DNA of 64,000 bases from contig JACPPH010000006.1 in assembly GCA_016191105.1 (NCBI GenBank), positions 32,670 through 96,669 of the forward strand, written 5' to 3'. The translations under genes and the position numbers were made by a program. The DNA is from Candidatus Saccharimonadota bacterium. GTDB taxonomy: Bacteria; Patescibacteriota; Saccharimonadia; CAILAD01; BJGX01. This document shows, one piece after another, positions 38,325-48,567 of the stretch. Below the pieces are notes generated by a model that was not told the origin of the DNA, ran no database searches, and was given only the letters and a program-made list of their open reading frames with translations. Each line of letters opens with the position of its first letter. Within the stretch, counting starts at the first letter, position 1.

Positions 38325-38856
38325 AATCTCAAGCGCATCTTAAAAAAACAAAAACAAAACTTGCCACAACTCATAAAAGAGCTTAAGGATTTGAACTCTA
38401 AAAATCCTGCTTTAACCACTTGTAACAGTGGGGCGACTTGGTACTAAAAAACAGCCCCCTTGTTTTTTAGTACCAGATCTCCCTACTGTTCGAGGGTAGT
38501 TGCCTGCTTGGCCCTCAAAAGCTAAGAAGGCGTATCACACATCCCGCTGGGACTTGCTCGGCCTAAGGGCTTTTTATGCTTAACAAGCCAAAGAACCTTT
38601 GAGCCGAGTAGGTTACCGCAAGGATGGTTGGGAATATGTCGGCAACATTCTCCCGTTTCTTGCGACTGTTTTATACGAGAGAACCACCGACAAGCACACA
38701 CCCGGTAATCCTAGGGCCCCCATTCTAGGAGTACTAACCCGGGCCGGTGCCCGCTAATATTGTTTCATAACATTTAAGAGTGGATGCATCGGCCCGTAAC
38801 CAAAGCATTTATTTAAGATCTGATAGTACCAATGCCGCCCAGCCAGGGCGGTTTTT
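38325..38856 (+). ncRNA. Candidate large structured ncRNA of about 510-530 nt, family not recognised
   Basis: Own promoter and terminator, at least seven hairpins, 5'/3' closing stem, no ORF of 60 aa or more. Confidence 0.65.
38834..38856 (+). terminator. Intrinsic terminator
   Basis: GCCGCCC-AGCCA-GGGCGG followed by TTTTT. Confidence 0.8.
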
Positions 38857-38871
38857 GGTTATAATAGTTAT

Positions 38872-39633
38872 ATGAGCAAATACAATCAGTACGACCATTT
38901 TGCAGCAGACAAGCAACAAAGGCTAATTAAAGGCCAGAGCCTGCCTCATTCCTATGTAGAGAAGCCGGCTATGCGCAAAATGCTTCCTGACTTACTAGGG
39001 CAAAAAGTGCTGATGCTGGGTTGTGGCACAGGGGAAGAGTCGAGGCTTCTTGAAGAGAAAGGTGCAGCTGAATTAGTTGGCATAGATAAATCAACAGTGT
39101 CGATAGAACTGGCCAAAAAGACTTATCCCGGCCACACCTTTAGGTCAGGAGATATAAATGACCTTGTTTTTGATAATGAATCCTTCGACTTTGTTTATAG
39201 CAGTTTAGCAATTAATTACACGGGTAAACCAAAGAATGTTTATAAAGAAGCCTACAGAGTTCTCAAGAAAGGCGGTAAATTCCAATTCTCAGTACCACAT
39301 CCTGTTAGGTGGGCTTCAGAACGCATAATAATTGAAGGAAAGCCAGCTCGGATACTCGGTTTCGAAGAAGTAAAGGGTGAGAGTAGAGTCTTTGGCAATT
39401 ATAACGACTATCTAGAGTATTCACACGAGCTCACAATATCAGATGAAGACCCGATTCGTTTCTGGGTGGGTTCACCGAGCATGCATTTTCGGCTATTAAA
39501 AGAAACCGGGTTTAAGATAGAGGACTTTGTAGAAACAAAAGCTATAGAAGAGACAAAAACGGTAGACCCAAATTACTACGCAAGATTTAGTAAGTTACCA
39601 CAGTTCACTTTGTTTCTAGCGACTAAGCCTTAG
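38872..39633 (+). CDS. Class I SAM-dependent methyltransferase
   Basis: VLMLGCGTG, GIDKS, SFDFVYS, RVLKKGG. Confidence 0.9.
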   Translation: MSKYNQYDHFAADKQQRLIKGQSLPHSYVEKPAMRKMLPDLLGQKVLMLGCGTGEESRLLEEKGAAELVGIDKSTVSIELAKKTYPGHTFRSGDINDLVFDNESFDFVYSSLAINYTGKPKNVYKEAYRVLKKGGKFQFSVPHPVRWASERIIIEGKPARILGFEEVKGESRVFGNYNDYLEYSHELTISDEDPIRFWVGSPSMHFRLLKETGFKIEDFVETKAIEETKTVDPNYYARFSKLPQFTLFLATKP

Positions 39634-40004
39634 TTACCAACATTACCCTACATACTCTGTTGGCATTTTCTGACACAGTTTTATTTATCCACAGCTAATC
39701 CAAGCAAAAGTTTACCCACCAAAAAACCGAACAAACTCAACTATGACGTCGTCAATCTAGTCTATGTAGCGATTGTTTGGCTAGACTAATTGATATTTGG
39801 CTACGTCGCACAAATTGCTAGCCACAACCCGTACAACAATCTTGATCATAGAATTTATTCAATACACAAAGCTCAAAAAACAAGTCAATAAATGTATTCA
39901 GAATAGAGTAGTAAAGTTGTTCAACAAGAACAATTTTGGTTCGCTTGCACACTCAGCGACTGTTGTGGGATAATGTAACAGATAAGAACGGCGTATTTAC
40001 AGAT

Positions 40005-40406
40005 ATGGCACTAGCACAAAGACAAAAAATCGTATTTATTGTATCTGGCTTGTTTCTAACACTCCTGGTTACAGGTATTTTGTGTACGGCCATGGTATTT
40101 GCCACAAACCCGCAAAAACTTGGTCCGGCAGGGGTAACCTTCTGGTTCATAGGGGTGTTTTTGTTTGCCGGTAGTGTATTGAGCTTACTTGGCTTTGCTT
40201 GGAAGATGCGAAAGGTGAAAAACCGTGAAAAACCGATGTGGTCGATCAATGAGGCACTGAGAACAGGCTTTTTACTAAGCTTTGCCGGGGTGGTTTTATT
40301 AGCTCTCGCTAGCCTCAAGAGCCTAAGCTGGCGCGATGTAATACTGTTTGTGCTAACAATCATTATTGTGGAGTTTTACTTTCGAACCAGAAGGGCAAAG
40401 GGGTGA
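40005..40406 (+). CDS. Hypothetical four-TM membrane protein
   Basis: Four hydrophobic helices; overlaps the pheS start. Confidence 0.7.
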   Translation: MALAQRQKIVFIVSGLFLTLLVTGILCTAMVFATNPQKLGPAGVTFWFIGVFLFAGSVLSLLGFAWKMRKVKNREKPMWSINEALRTGFLLSFAGVVLLALASLKSLSWRDVILFVLTIIIVEFYFRTRRAKG

Positions 40407-41395
40407 AAGGTAACCTGTTAGGACAATTAGAAAGTGCCAAATTGGAGCTTACGAGGGTTAAAGACAGGCACGGGCTTTTGCAACTCAAATCTCGCTATTT
40501 GGGCGCCAAGAGCCAGGTGGCGATGGGGTTGTCGCAGCTTAAAGGTTTGGAAGCAGGCGAGCGGGCCAAGGCTGGCCAAGCTCTAAACCAGGTAAAAAAG
40601 CAACTCGAGAAGTTGTTCGCCGCTGCCGAGCAAGAGCTTGTTACAGCTCAAGACTTTGAGCCCGTAGATATAACCGAGCCAGGTAAGAGGGAATACCCTG
40701 GTTATGGCCACGCTCACCCCACAACCTCGGTAATTGCCGAGAGCTTTCGTATATTTACAGAGCTGGGCTTTGCAATCGTTGATAGCCCAGAGGTTGATAC
40801 CGATTGGTACAACTTTGAGGCTTTAAACATGCCACCCGAGCACCCGGCGCGCGAAATGCAAGACACTTTTTATAGCACTTATCAGGATAAAAACGGTGCT
40901 AAGTGGCTGCCGCGCACCCATACCAGCAATATGCAGGTGAGGTTTATGGAGCATAATAAACCACCGTTTAAGATTATTGTTCCTGGTAAGGTGTTCCGAA
41001 ACGAAAACGAAGATGCTACTCACTCCTGGGCTTTTATTCAGATCGAGGGAGTGGTGGTGGGCGAGGGCGTGTCGATGGCCGATCTGAAAGGCACATTACT
41101 TAGAATAGTGAGGGGTATATTGGGTTCAGAGGCCGAAATTCGGTTTCGACCAAGCTTTTTTCCGTATACCGAGCCCTCGGTCGAGCTGGATTGCAAATAT
41201 CAGGGTAAATGGCTAGAGCTAGGCGGGGCCGGCATGATCCACCCCCAGGTGTTACGCAACGGCGGGATAGACCCCGAAAAGTACACTGGCTTTGCCTTCG
41301 GTTGGGGCTATGAGCGCCTGGCAGTAATTAAGTATGGCTTAAATGATCTGCGAAGTTTGTGGCGGCCAAACTTTCGTTATTTGGAGCAGTTTTAG
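40403..41395 (+). CDS. pheS: Phenylalanine--tRNA ligase alpha subunit
   Basis: HPAREMQDTFY, RTHTS, FRPSFFPYTEPS, GFAFG. Confidence 0.97.
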   Translation: MKGNLLGQLESAKLELTRVKDRHGLLQLKSRYLGAKSQVAMGLSQLKGLEAGERAKAGQALNQVKKQLEKLFAAAEQELVTAQDFEPVDITEPGKREYPGYGHAHPTTSVIAESFRIFTELGFAIVDSPEVDTDWYNFEALNMPPEHPAREMQDTFYSTYQDKNGAKWLPRTHTSNMQVRFMEHNKPPFKIIVPGKVFRNENEDATHSWAFIQIEGVVVGEGVSMADLKGTLLRIVRGILGSEAEIRFRPSFFPYTEPSVELDCKYQGKWLELGGAGMIHPQVLRNGGIDPEKYTGFAFGWGYERLAVIKYGLNDLRSLWRPNFRYLEQF

Positions 41396-41396
41396 G

Positions 41397-44021
41397 ATGA
41401 AAGTAAGCGTAAAATCAATCAATTCATATTTGGAAAGGCCGCTTTCGACCGAAGATATGGTGGCGGCTCTGGAGCGCAGCGAGGTTGAGGTTGAGGAAAT
41501 TTTGTATGCGAATAAGATCGATTCTAAGGTAATTATTGCAAAGATCACCAAGGTTGAGCCGCACCCCAATGCCGATCGTCTAAGATTGGTAACCATAGAT
41601 ACTGGTGTCGGTACTAAAAAGCTTGTTTGTGGTGCACCCAATGTCAAGAACAGCCTGGTCGTGGCATTTGCCCAAGTTGGCACAATTTTACCCGGCGGAA
41701 TTGAAATTAAAGCAGCAGAGATCCGTGGTGAAAAGTCGGATGGCATGTTGTGTTCTGAGCGCGAGCTAGGGTTATCGCAAGACCATAGCGGTATTGTTGA
41801 GCTAGACCCTGCTCTACCCTTGGGAAAGTCATTGTGCGACATAGCCGAATTAGGAGATTGCCTAGACCTTACCACCCCCTCAAATAGGTGGGATTATCTG
41901 TCGATAATAGGGTTGGCGAGGGAAATTGCCGCATTTTCGCTCAACAATAGCCTAGTTGAACCTGATATTGCCAAAAATGAATACCAGAACAGGGAAGTAA
42001 CAAAAGTCAAGGAAAAGGGCGGCTGCAGGCGGTTTATATCTGTGAAATATGTTGTGAAAAATGATATGGCCAGCCCAAGTTGGCTTGTGGATAACTTAGA
42101 GGCCAATGGTATGAATAGCATTAACCCGGTGGTCGATATTACCAACTGGGTTATGTTGGAATACGGCCAACCATCGCACGCTTTTGCGGCTGATAAAATA
42201 TCTGGCAACTTGCAGGTGCGCTATGGATCCCCCGCCGAAAAGTTGAAGTTATTAAATGGTAAAGAAATTACCTTCGTATCTGAAGATTTGGTAATTGCCG
42301 ATGATGACGGCCCGCTGGATCTGGCTGGCGTTATGGGTGGCCAAAAAGCCGAAGTTGAACCGAACACTACCGAAATTGTGCTCACGATCGCAAATTTCGA
42401 CAAAACCACGGTCCGGCGCCAAGCCTTGAGACATGGTGTGCGCACCGAGGCTAGTGCTCGCTTTGAGCGCGGACTCCCCCTCCCCTTGCCGGTTCTGGCG
42501 GCCGATCGTTTGGCTGGCCTATTAAAAGAAATCTGTGCAGCAAAGATCGTTGACTCCCCTGCCGATCAGCTGTTTGCCGAAATTCATGGCGTTCAAATTG
42601 GTTTGCGACTGCGCAGAGCCGAGGCGGTCTTGGGCATGAAGCTCGGTGAAAGGCAGTTGGCCAATGGGCTAAAAGCCCGCGGCTTCGAGATTAACCATTT
42701 TTCACTTGCTCATTCTATTAAAGAAGTGTTTAGTCGTAATATCAAGACTGATTCAGAACTTTTAACTACTGTTTTTGGCCCTTTGGGTCTTGAGTTAGAT
42801 TCCAAGACCGGTTGGAGTGAAACCGGTGAAATAATTGACGCAAATTTATATCGGGCCGGCGACATATTGTGGTTGGGCAATAATATGGCTATTTGTCAAG
42901 ATAAGAATTCGGCTGTGGTGGTGGAAAAGGGCAGGCCGGTGGTGGTAAAGCCCGACAAGATTAAGCAGGTTCGCAGAGTTGTGCCATCGCTTAATCATAT
43001 ACTAGCGGTGGCTGTGCCTTGGTGGCGCACAGATGTGAGTATGGCCGAGGATCTATACGAAGAAGCCGCCAAGATATTTGGCTACGATACTATGCCCCCT
43101 ACCCTGCCTGAGTCGCCGCCCATGGATACACATGAATTCCAAGCTTTACCAAAACTCACAGATCTCAAGCAGGCCATGGTAACTATCGGTTGTACCGAGA
43201 TCATGACCTACTCTTTGGTGAGTGCAGAAATGGTAGATATGGTTGGTGGTGATCTGAGCCGGCAGATAGAAATAGTTAACCCAATGGTTAAGGAGCAAGC
43301 TTATTTGCGGAGCGGCCTTTTAGCTAGCCACCTAAAGGCGATTGCGGCAAACCGAAATACTGACGAAGTAGATGTGTTTGAATTATCAAAAGTGTCTTGG
43401 CTCGAGAATGGCTCTAAGTCGGTTGCCCCCAACGAGGAATGGCGACTGGCCATAAGCAGTGTTGGCGAGTCTTCGCTAAAGAGACTCAAAGCCTTGCTAG
43501 ATGCGGTATTGGCTCGCAGTCGTATTGAAGTTAGTATTGAAGCGGCTCAAAAACCAGCATTCGTGTTGGGGCGTTATGGCCAAATGTTTTTGGGTGGAAA
43601 ATTTGTGGCTGAGTATGGCCAGATAAATCCAGCCACCCTAAAAAACCACAATATTCCCCCAGAAGTTAGCTACGCCGAAATAAAAATTGAACTAGTTTTG
43701 AGTAGTGTTGGTACACCACAGCCAAAAGCCATACCGCCCTACCGCTATGTCGGTCGCAACCTGGCCTTAGAGCTGCCGGTGGCCGTCAGCTGGCAGCACC
43801 TGCATGAACAAATAAGCTCTCGCAAGCATGTTGTAAAAGCAGATTTTGTTGATAGCTACCAGAACAGCGAGTTAAAGGCGGCCAAGCGAAAAAGTGTGAC
43901 CGTAGAAATTGAATTTGACCTTGGTCCACAACCCAAAACCGCCACAATTGACCAACAGCTAACAGATTTGGTAGAAGCCTTAAAATCTGACCCCCAACTT
44001 AGTAGCTTGACTCTGCGCTAA
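41397..44021 (+). CDS. pheT: Phenylalanine--tRNA ligase beta subunit with an internal insertion
   Basis: HPNADRL, CGAPN, SDGMLCS, VDITN, ARFERG, PWWRTD..DLYEE. Confidence 0.94.
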   Translation: MKVSVKSINSYLERPLSTEDMVAALERSEVEVEEILYANKIDSKVIIAKITKVEPHPNADRLRLVTIDTGVGTKKLVCGAPNVKNSLVVAFAQVGTILPGGIEIKAAEIRGEKSDGMLCSERELGLSQDHSGIVELDPALPLGKSLCDIAELGDCLDLTTPSNRWDYLSIIGLAREIAAFSLNNSLVEPDIAKNEYQNREVTKVKEKGGCRRFISVKYVVKNDMASPSWLVDNLEANGMNSINPVVDITNWVMLEYGQPSHAFAADKISGNLQVRYGSPAEKLKLLNGKEITFVSEDLVIADDDGPLDLAGVMGGQKAEVEPNTTEIVLTIANFDKTTVRRQALRHGVRTEASARFERGLPLPLPVLAADRLAGLLKEICAAKIVDSPADQLFAEIHGVQIGLRLRRAEAVLGMKLGERQLANGLKARGFEINHFSLAHSIKEVFSRNIKTDSELLTTVFGPLGLELDSKTGWSETGEIIDANLYRAGDILWLGNNMAICQDKNSAVVVEKGRPVVVKPDKIKQVRRVVPSLNHILAVAVPWWRTDVSMAEDLYEEAAKIFGYDTMPPTLPESPPMDTHEFQALPKLTDLKQAMVTIGCTEIMTYSLVSAEMVDMVGGDLSRQIEIVNPMVKEQAYLRSGLLASHLKAIAANRNTDEVDVFELSKVSWLENGSKSVAPNEEWRLAISSVGESSLKRLKALLDAVLARSRIEVSIEAAQKPAFVLGRYGQMFLGGKFVAEYGQINPATLKNHNIPPEVSYAEIKIELVLSSVGTPQPKAIPPYRYVGRNLALELPVAVSWQHLHEQISSRKHVVKADFVDSYQNSELKAAKRKSVTVEIEFDLGPQPKTATIDQQLTDLVEALKSDPQLSSLTLR

Positions 44022-44078
44022 CATTCTCCCTAGAGTACTGGCTTCATTGGAGCGTAAGCGATATAATTAGGCTTAAGA

Positions 44079-45551
44079 ATGCAAAACAAAAACCACAGCC
44101 ATTTTTTGAGTTTGCCTCCCAAAATTTCTAAATCTGGGCAAAGGCCGAGTATGAAAGCCAGATTGTGGTTTGTAGCGATTGGAGTTCTGGCAGCTGTTGT
44201 AGTACTCAATGCTCTGGTAGCTGCCCTGTTCGAGGGCGTAATTTACCCGGGCGTTTCAGTCGCAGGGCACGACTTGAGTTTCAAAAATCGAGCCCAGGCA
44301 TTACAAGTTTTGCGCTCACAGAATCTTGACCGCCGCTTTGATTTGCGAGTTGGCGATAAAACATTCATCGCTACCAATAGTGATTTGGGGGCTGAGTATG
44401 AGCTAGGAGCTACGATTGAGGCTGCTTATAATGTCGGTCGCAACTGGCCTTTGCCGTTGGCTGGGCTAATAGAAGCCAGCAATAAAGGCACGGTTGGTTA
44501 TGCTTATAACATTAATAACACCCAGCTCAGTAAATTCACAGACAGCGTAGTTAGCTCGGTCGGGCGTGATCCGGTTAACGCAACATTGCAAATAACTGAC
44601 GGCAATATAAATGTAGTGCCAGATCGGGACGGATTACGGGTAGACCGGCGTTACCTTAACGATCTAATTGCCAATGCTCTGGCCGACGGAAAAGACCAAA
44701 CAATTAGTTTGCAGCCTGTGCCCAAAAAAGCCGACATTTTGGCAAAAGATACCGCTGCCGCCCAAAAACGAGCCGAAGATTATTTGAGTCGTCAAATATC
44801 ATTAAGCTATAACGGCAAGACATTTGTGCTAGATAGAACCGCTTTGGGGTATATGATAGTTTTCAATATTGTATCTGGATCCGATGGCAGGCCAGAGTTA
44901 AAAGCCGACATTTCTAAAGAGCAAATTTTGGGCTATCTACAATCTGTGGCTAACCAAGTGGATGTGGCTGCCCAAAATAAAATTGTAGTTGTTAGAAACG
45001 GTGCCAACTCGGTAGAGCAGGAAGGCAAAAATGGCACGACCATAAACCAACAACCGGCCGCCGATGCGATATTTACGGCACTCCAAAATGGTCAGAATAC
45101 AACGATAGCGCTAACTGATTCGCCGGTGCCGTTTCAAACTCAAACTAGCAACAGCAATGGTCCAGATGCCCGCATGTACATCGAGATTAATTTATCGAGC
45201 CAACGCCTATGGGCCTACCAAGATGGGCAGGTCGTTTATAGCTCACCAATAACAAGCGGCGCTACCGGCAAAGGGTTTCCGACTGTAACGGGCACATTTG
45301 CTATTTACGCCAAAGAAAGAAACCGCTACCTTAATGGCGCCGTCTATGGCTACGACTATAATGTCTTTGTTCAATACTGGATGCCTTTTTATCAGGGCTA
45401 TGGCCTACACGATGCTAGTTGGCGCAATAGCTTTGGTGGACAAGACTATTGGTTGAACGGCAGCCACGGTTGTGTAAATATGCCATTGGCAGCAGCAGTC
45501 TTCTTGTATGATTGGGCGCCAATTGGTACACCCGTTTGGGTACATAGCTAA
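44079..45551 (+). CDS. L,D-transpeptidase (YkuD domain) with peptidoglycan-binding domain
   Basis: N-terminal TM; GLHDASWR...GSHGCVN catalytic motif. Confidence 0.92.
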   Translation: MQNKNHSHFLSLPPKISKSGQRPSMKARLWFVAIGVLAAVVVLNALVAALFEGVIYPGVSVAGHDLSFKNRAQALQVLRSQNLDRRFDLRVGDKTFIATNSDLGAEYELGATIEAAYNVGRNWPLPLAGLIEASNKGTVGYAYNINNTQLSKFTDSVVSSVGRDPVNATLQITDGNINVVPDRDGLRVDRRYLNDLIANALADGKDQTISLQPVPKKADILAKDTAAAQKRAEDYLSRQISLSYNGKTFVLDRTALGYMIVFNIVSGSDGRPELKADISKEQILGYLQSVANQVDVAAQNKIVVVRNGANSVEQEGKNGTTINQQPAADAIFTALQNGQNTTIALTDSPVPFQTQTSNSNGPDARMYIEINLSSQRLWAYQDGQVVYSSPITSGATGKGFPTVTGTFAIYAKERNRYLNGAVYGYDYNVFVQYWMPFYQGYGLHDASWRNSFGGQDYWLNGSHGCVNMPLAAAVFLYDWAPIGTPVWVHS

Positions 45552-45590
45552 AATTAGCCAAAGCTGAACCATAACTGGTATAATTTTAGT

Positions 45591-46031
45591 ATGGATAACC
45601 GTACGCAAAATCTGCCAATACCAGAGCAGCCTAGGCGACCCCAGGGCAACGAACGAAAGCCGGTATTAAAGCCTGAGGTGGCACCAAAAGCTCCAGAAGT
45701 TCAGATGCAGCAGCCAGAGGTTCGTCCGTCTGGTGTGGAGCAACAACCACAAGCTAACCCAGCGCCACAAGCTGCCACACCGCCACCAGCACCAGCTTCT
45801 CCACTTACACAGCAGCCAGCTGCCCAGCCCGACCCGCTCGCGCAGGCCGGTGTAAAGACCCGCCCCGAAACTCTAGATGCTGACGATATTGATCTTATAG
45901 AAAAGGAATGGGTCGACACAGTCGATGATGTGATTGAGCATACTAAGGATGATCCGTACACTGAAGAGGAAGCTCAACAGAGCTTAAGCAAAACCTATCT
46001 AAAAAAGCGTTTTGGGATTGATGTTGATTAA
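45591..46031 (+). CDS. Hypothetical Pro/Gln-rich protein
   Basis: Disordered N-terminus; C-terminal DLIEKEWV..DDPY..YLKKRFG domain. Confidence 0.75.
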   Translation: MDNRTQNLPIPEQPRRPQGNERKPVLKPEVAPKAPEVQMQQPEVRPSGVEQQPQANPAPQAATPPPAPASPLTQQPAAQPDPLAQAGVKTRPETLDADDIDLIEKEWVDTVDDVIEHTKDDPYTEEEAQQSLSKTYLKKRFGIDVD

Positions 46032-46046
46032 TAAGTCGAACCAGCC

Positions 46047-48491
46047 ATGAATCAGTTTATACTACTAACTAGCACGCTGTTTGCACTGTTTCTGTTTATA
46101 CTCTTAGCAGTTGGTTTTTTGGTTTATCGACGCATAATTCATCATGCCAAAAATGTCGAGCGAAGTTTGAAGTTTGTGCCGTTACTGATTAGGCTACCGC
46201 CCCAAGAGGCCAACGAGGCCACCAATCGCGATGTGCGCGAAATGATCAAAGAAAACATTACTAAGGCCGAAGGTGTATTCAATTTACTATCTGGCATAAC
46301 AACTTCTAAGGCTCAAATTTATGGCCGCCGACACATTAGTTTGGAGATTATCGCTGAAGGGCCCATGATTTACTTTTATATGGCCGTGCCGGCTAGCCTT
46401 TTGAGCTCGGTTCAAAAAGCCCTGGCTTCCGGGTATCCAGGAATCCAGATCGAGAAAGCCGAGGATATAAACTTTTTTTCTAAAGTTAGCAAGGCCTCAG
46501 GCGTTCAGGGCGGTGAATTAGATCTCAAACGCGATAGCATACTGCCTATAAACACATTTCGCAATTCTGATAGCGATGCGCTGGGCGGTATTCTCTCCAG
46601 CTTATCTAATCTAGGAGACGATGAGGGAGCGGCTATACAGATTTTAATTCGTCCGGTATCTCAGCGCTGGGTAAAACGAGCCCACCGCAAAGCCCGAGCC
46701 TATTTGACAGGCAAAAAAACCGGTGGCGCCAAAGCTTTTTCGGCTGTTAGTGAATCAGTTCGAGCTGCTGGTGGTGGGTCGGGTGGTGAAAAGTCCCCCG
46801 CCGAAAACCATCAAGTTACCGACATGGAAAAAAAACGATCTGAAATTATTGAAGAAAAAGTTAGAACGCCGGCTTTTGAAACTAATATTCGGCTCGTAGC
46901 TAGCAGTGGCGATCCGGCCAAAGCCAAAGTGTTGTTGCAGGATATGTTGCTTGGCTTTGCGCAAATGACCCAGCAAGATGCTAATAGGTTTGAGTTCCAT
47001 CCAGCTGATACACCACAAAAGATCGCCACCGACTTTATATTCCGATTTTTTAATGAGCGCTTTTTACACCTTCATAAGATGGTCTTAAATTCGACTGAGT
47101 TGGCCACCATATTTCACCTACCAAGTGAAATTATTGAGATTGCTACCCCGCTGCAGCGCAAGGGCGTAAAGGAAGTTGCGGCTCCGACAGGCTTGCCGGA
47201 GCTGGGATTGGTATTGGGTACCAATATATTTCGTGGTGTTGAAGCAACCATTCATTTAAGCGATAACGATAGACGACGGCACTTATACATATTGGGTCAA
47301 ACTGGTACCGGTAAATCTACCTTGTTAGAGAACTTAATGTTGCAAGATGCCGCAGCTGGTAAGGGCTTTGCGTTTATTGACCCCCATGGCGATGCCGCCG
47401 AGAAGCTCTTGGCGATGTTGCCGCCCGGACGAGCCGAAGACGTAATCTACTTTAGCCCGGGCGATACAGAGGTGCCAATGGGCTTTAACATCATGGAATA
47501 CGACCCTAACAAGCCCGAGCAAAAAGACTTTCTGATCCAAGAAGCCATTCAGATGCTTTACAAGCTCTACGACCCACAGCATCAAGGGATAATTGGACCA
47601 CGCTATGAACACTGGTTTAGAAACGCTGCCCTGACAGTCATGGCTGACCCCGAGGGCGGTACCTTTGTGGAGATACCCAAGGTCTTTACTGATGATGAAT
47701 ATCTGAAAAAGAAATTCAAGTATTTAACAGACCCCACTGTCCAAGACTTCTGGACCGGTGAAATGGCTCAAACCGATGCCCACTCTAAATCTGAAATGCT
47801 GGGTTGGTTTGTGTCTAAATTTGGAGCCTTTGCCAACAATGAGATCATGCGAAACATTATTGGCCAAAAACATTCAGCTTTTAACTTTCGCGAAGTTATG
47901 GATGGCAACAAGATTTTGCTGGTGAATTTGAGCAAAGGCCTACTTGGCGACCTCAACTCCAAGTTGCTAGGTATGATTATGGTTATTAAGTTTCAGATGG
48001 CGGCTATGAGTCGAAGCGATACACCCGAAGATCAGCGCCCCGATTTTTCTGTGTACGTAGATGAGTTTCAGAACTTTAGTACTGATAGTTTTGCAACCAT
48101 TCTCTCGGAAGCTCGAAAATACCGGCTAAACCTAATTGTGGCCAATCAATTTATATCGCAATTGGACGAGCAGGTGCGTGACGCCGTATTTGGAAATGTC
48201 GGCTCAATTTTAAGCTTTCGGGTAGGAACCGACGATGCTGAATACATGGAAAAACAATTCCAGCCACAATTTAATCAGGCCGACCTTATAAATATACCCA
48301 ATGGCCAAGGTGTTGGCAGGGTTATGGCCAATGGTGTGCCAACCACACCGTTTAGTATTCATTTCCCACCACCAATAGGCGTGCCTAATCAAGAAATTTT
48401 AAAAGCCATGCGCGATCTAAGCCGTAGTAAGTATGGTCGGCCCAAGAACGAAGTCGAAGCCGAAATTACCAGTAGCCTGGCCGACAAATAA
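46047..48491 (+). CDS. VirD4/TraG/TrwB-like membrane-anchored ATPase
   Basis: RRHLYILGQTGTGKS, IDPHGD, YVDEFQNF, LSEARKY, ANQFISQL. Confidence 0.9.
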   Translation: MNQFILLTSTLFALFLFILLAVGFLVYRRIIHHAKNVERSLKFVPLLIRLPPQEANEATNRDVREMIKENITKAEGVFNLLSGITTSKAQIYGRRHISLEIIAEGPMIYFYMAVPASLLSSVQKALASGYPGIQIEKAEDINFFSKVSKASGVQGGELDLKRDSILPINTFRNSDSDALGGILSSLSNLGDDEGAAIQILIRPVSQRWVKRAHRKARAYLTGKKTGGAKAFSAVSESVRAAGGGSGGEKSPAENHQVTDMEKKRSEIIEEKVRTPAFETNIRLVASSGDPAKAKVLLQDMLLGFAQMTQQDANRFEFHPADTPQKIATDFIFRFFNERFLHLHKMVLNSTELATIFHLPSEIIEIATPLQRKGVKEVAAPTGLPELGLVLGTNIFRGVEATIHLSDNDRRRHLYILGQTGTGKSTLLENLMLQDAAAGKGFAFIDPHGDAAEKLLAMLPPGRAEDVIYFSPGDTEVPMGFNIMEYDPNKPEQKDFLIQEAIQMLYKLYDPQHQGIIGPRYEHWFRNAALTVMADPEGGTFVEIPKVFTDDEYLKKKFKYLTDPTVQDFWTGEMAQTDAHSKSEMLGWFVSKFGAFANNEIMRNIIGQKHSAFNFREVMDGNKILLVNLSKGLLGDLNSKLLGMIMVIKFQMAAMSRSDTPEDQRPDFSVYVDEFQNFSTDSFATILSEARKYRLNLIVANQFISQLDEQVRDAVFGNVGSILSFRVGTDDAEYMEKQFQPQFNQADLINIPNGQGVGRVMANGVPTTPFSIHFPPPIGVPNQEILKAMRDLSRSKYGRPKNEVEAEITSSLADK

Positions 48492-48567
48492 CAAAAAACT
48501 TGCAAACCATCGTCAACCAGTCTAAAATCAAAGCTAAAGTAATAAAGCTGTATATGAGGGTAAACAC

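Noticed and set aside
38361-38447. 28-codon TTG-start ORF inside the ncRNA candidate
   Set aside because: No RBS and no recognisable features; not excluded without ribosome profiling.
38237-38871. RNase P RNA, T-box leader or tRNA as the identity of the structured region
   Set aside because: No GAGGAAAGTCC on either strand, no T-box or T-loop consensus seen, and it lies downstream of trpS.
39634-40004. 370-bp intergenic region with a TCAAT.TAGTCTA/TAGACTA.ATTGA hairpin
   Set aside because: No convincing promoter-terminator pair and no ERIC-like motifs; too weak to call.
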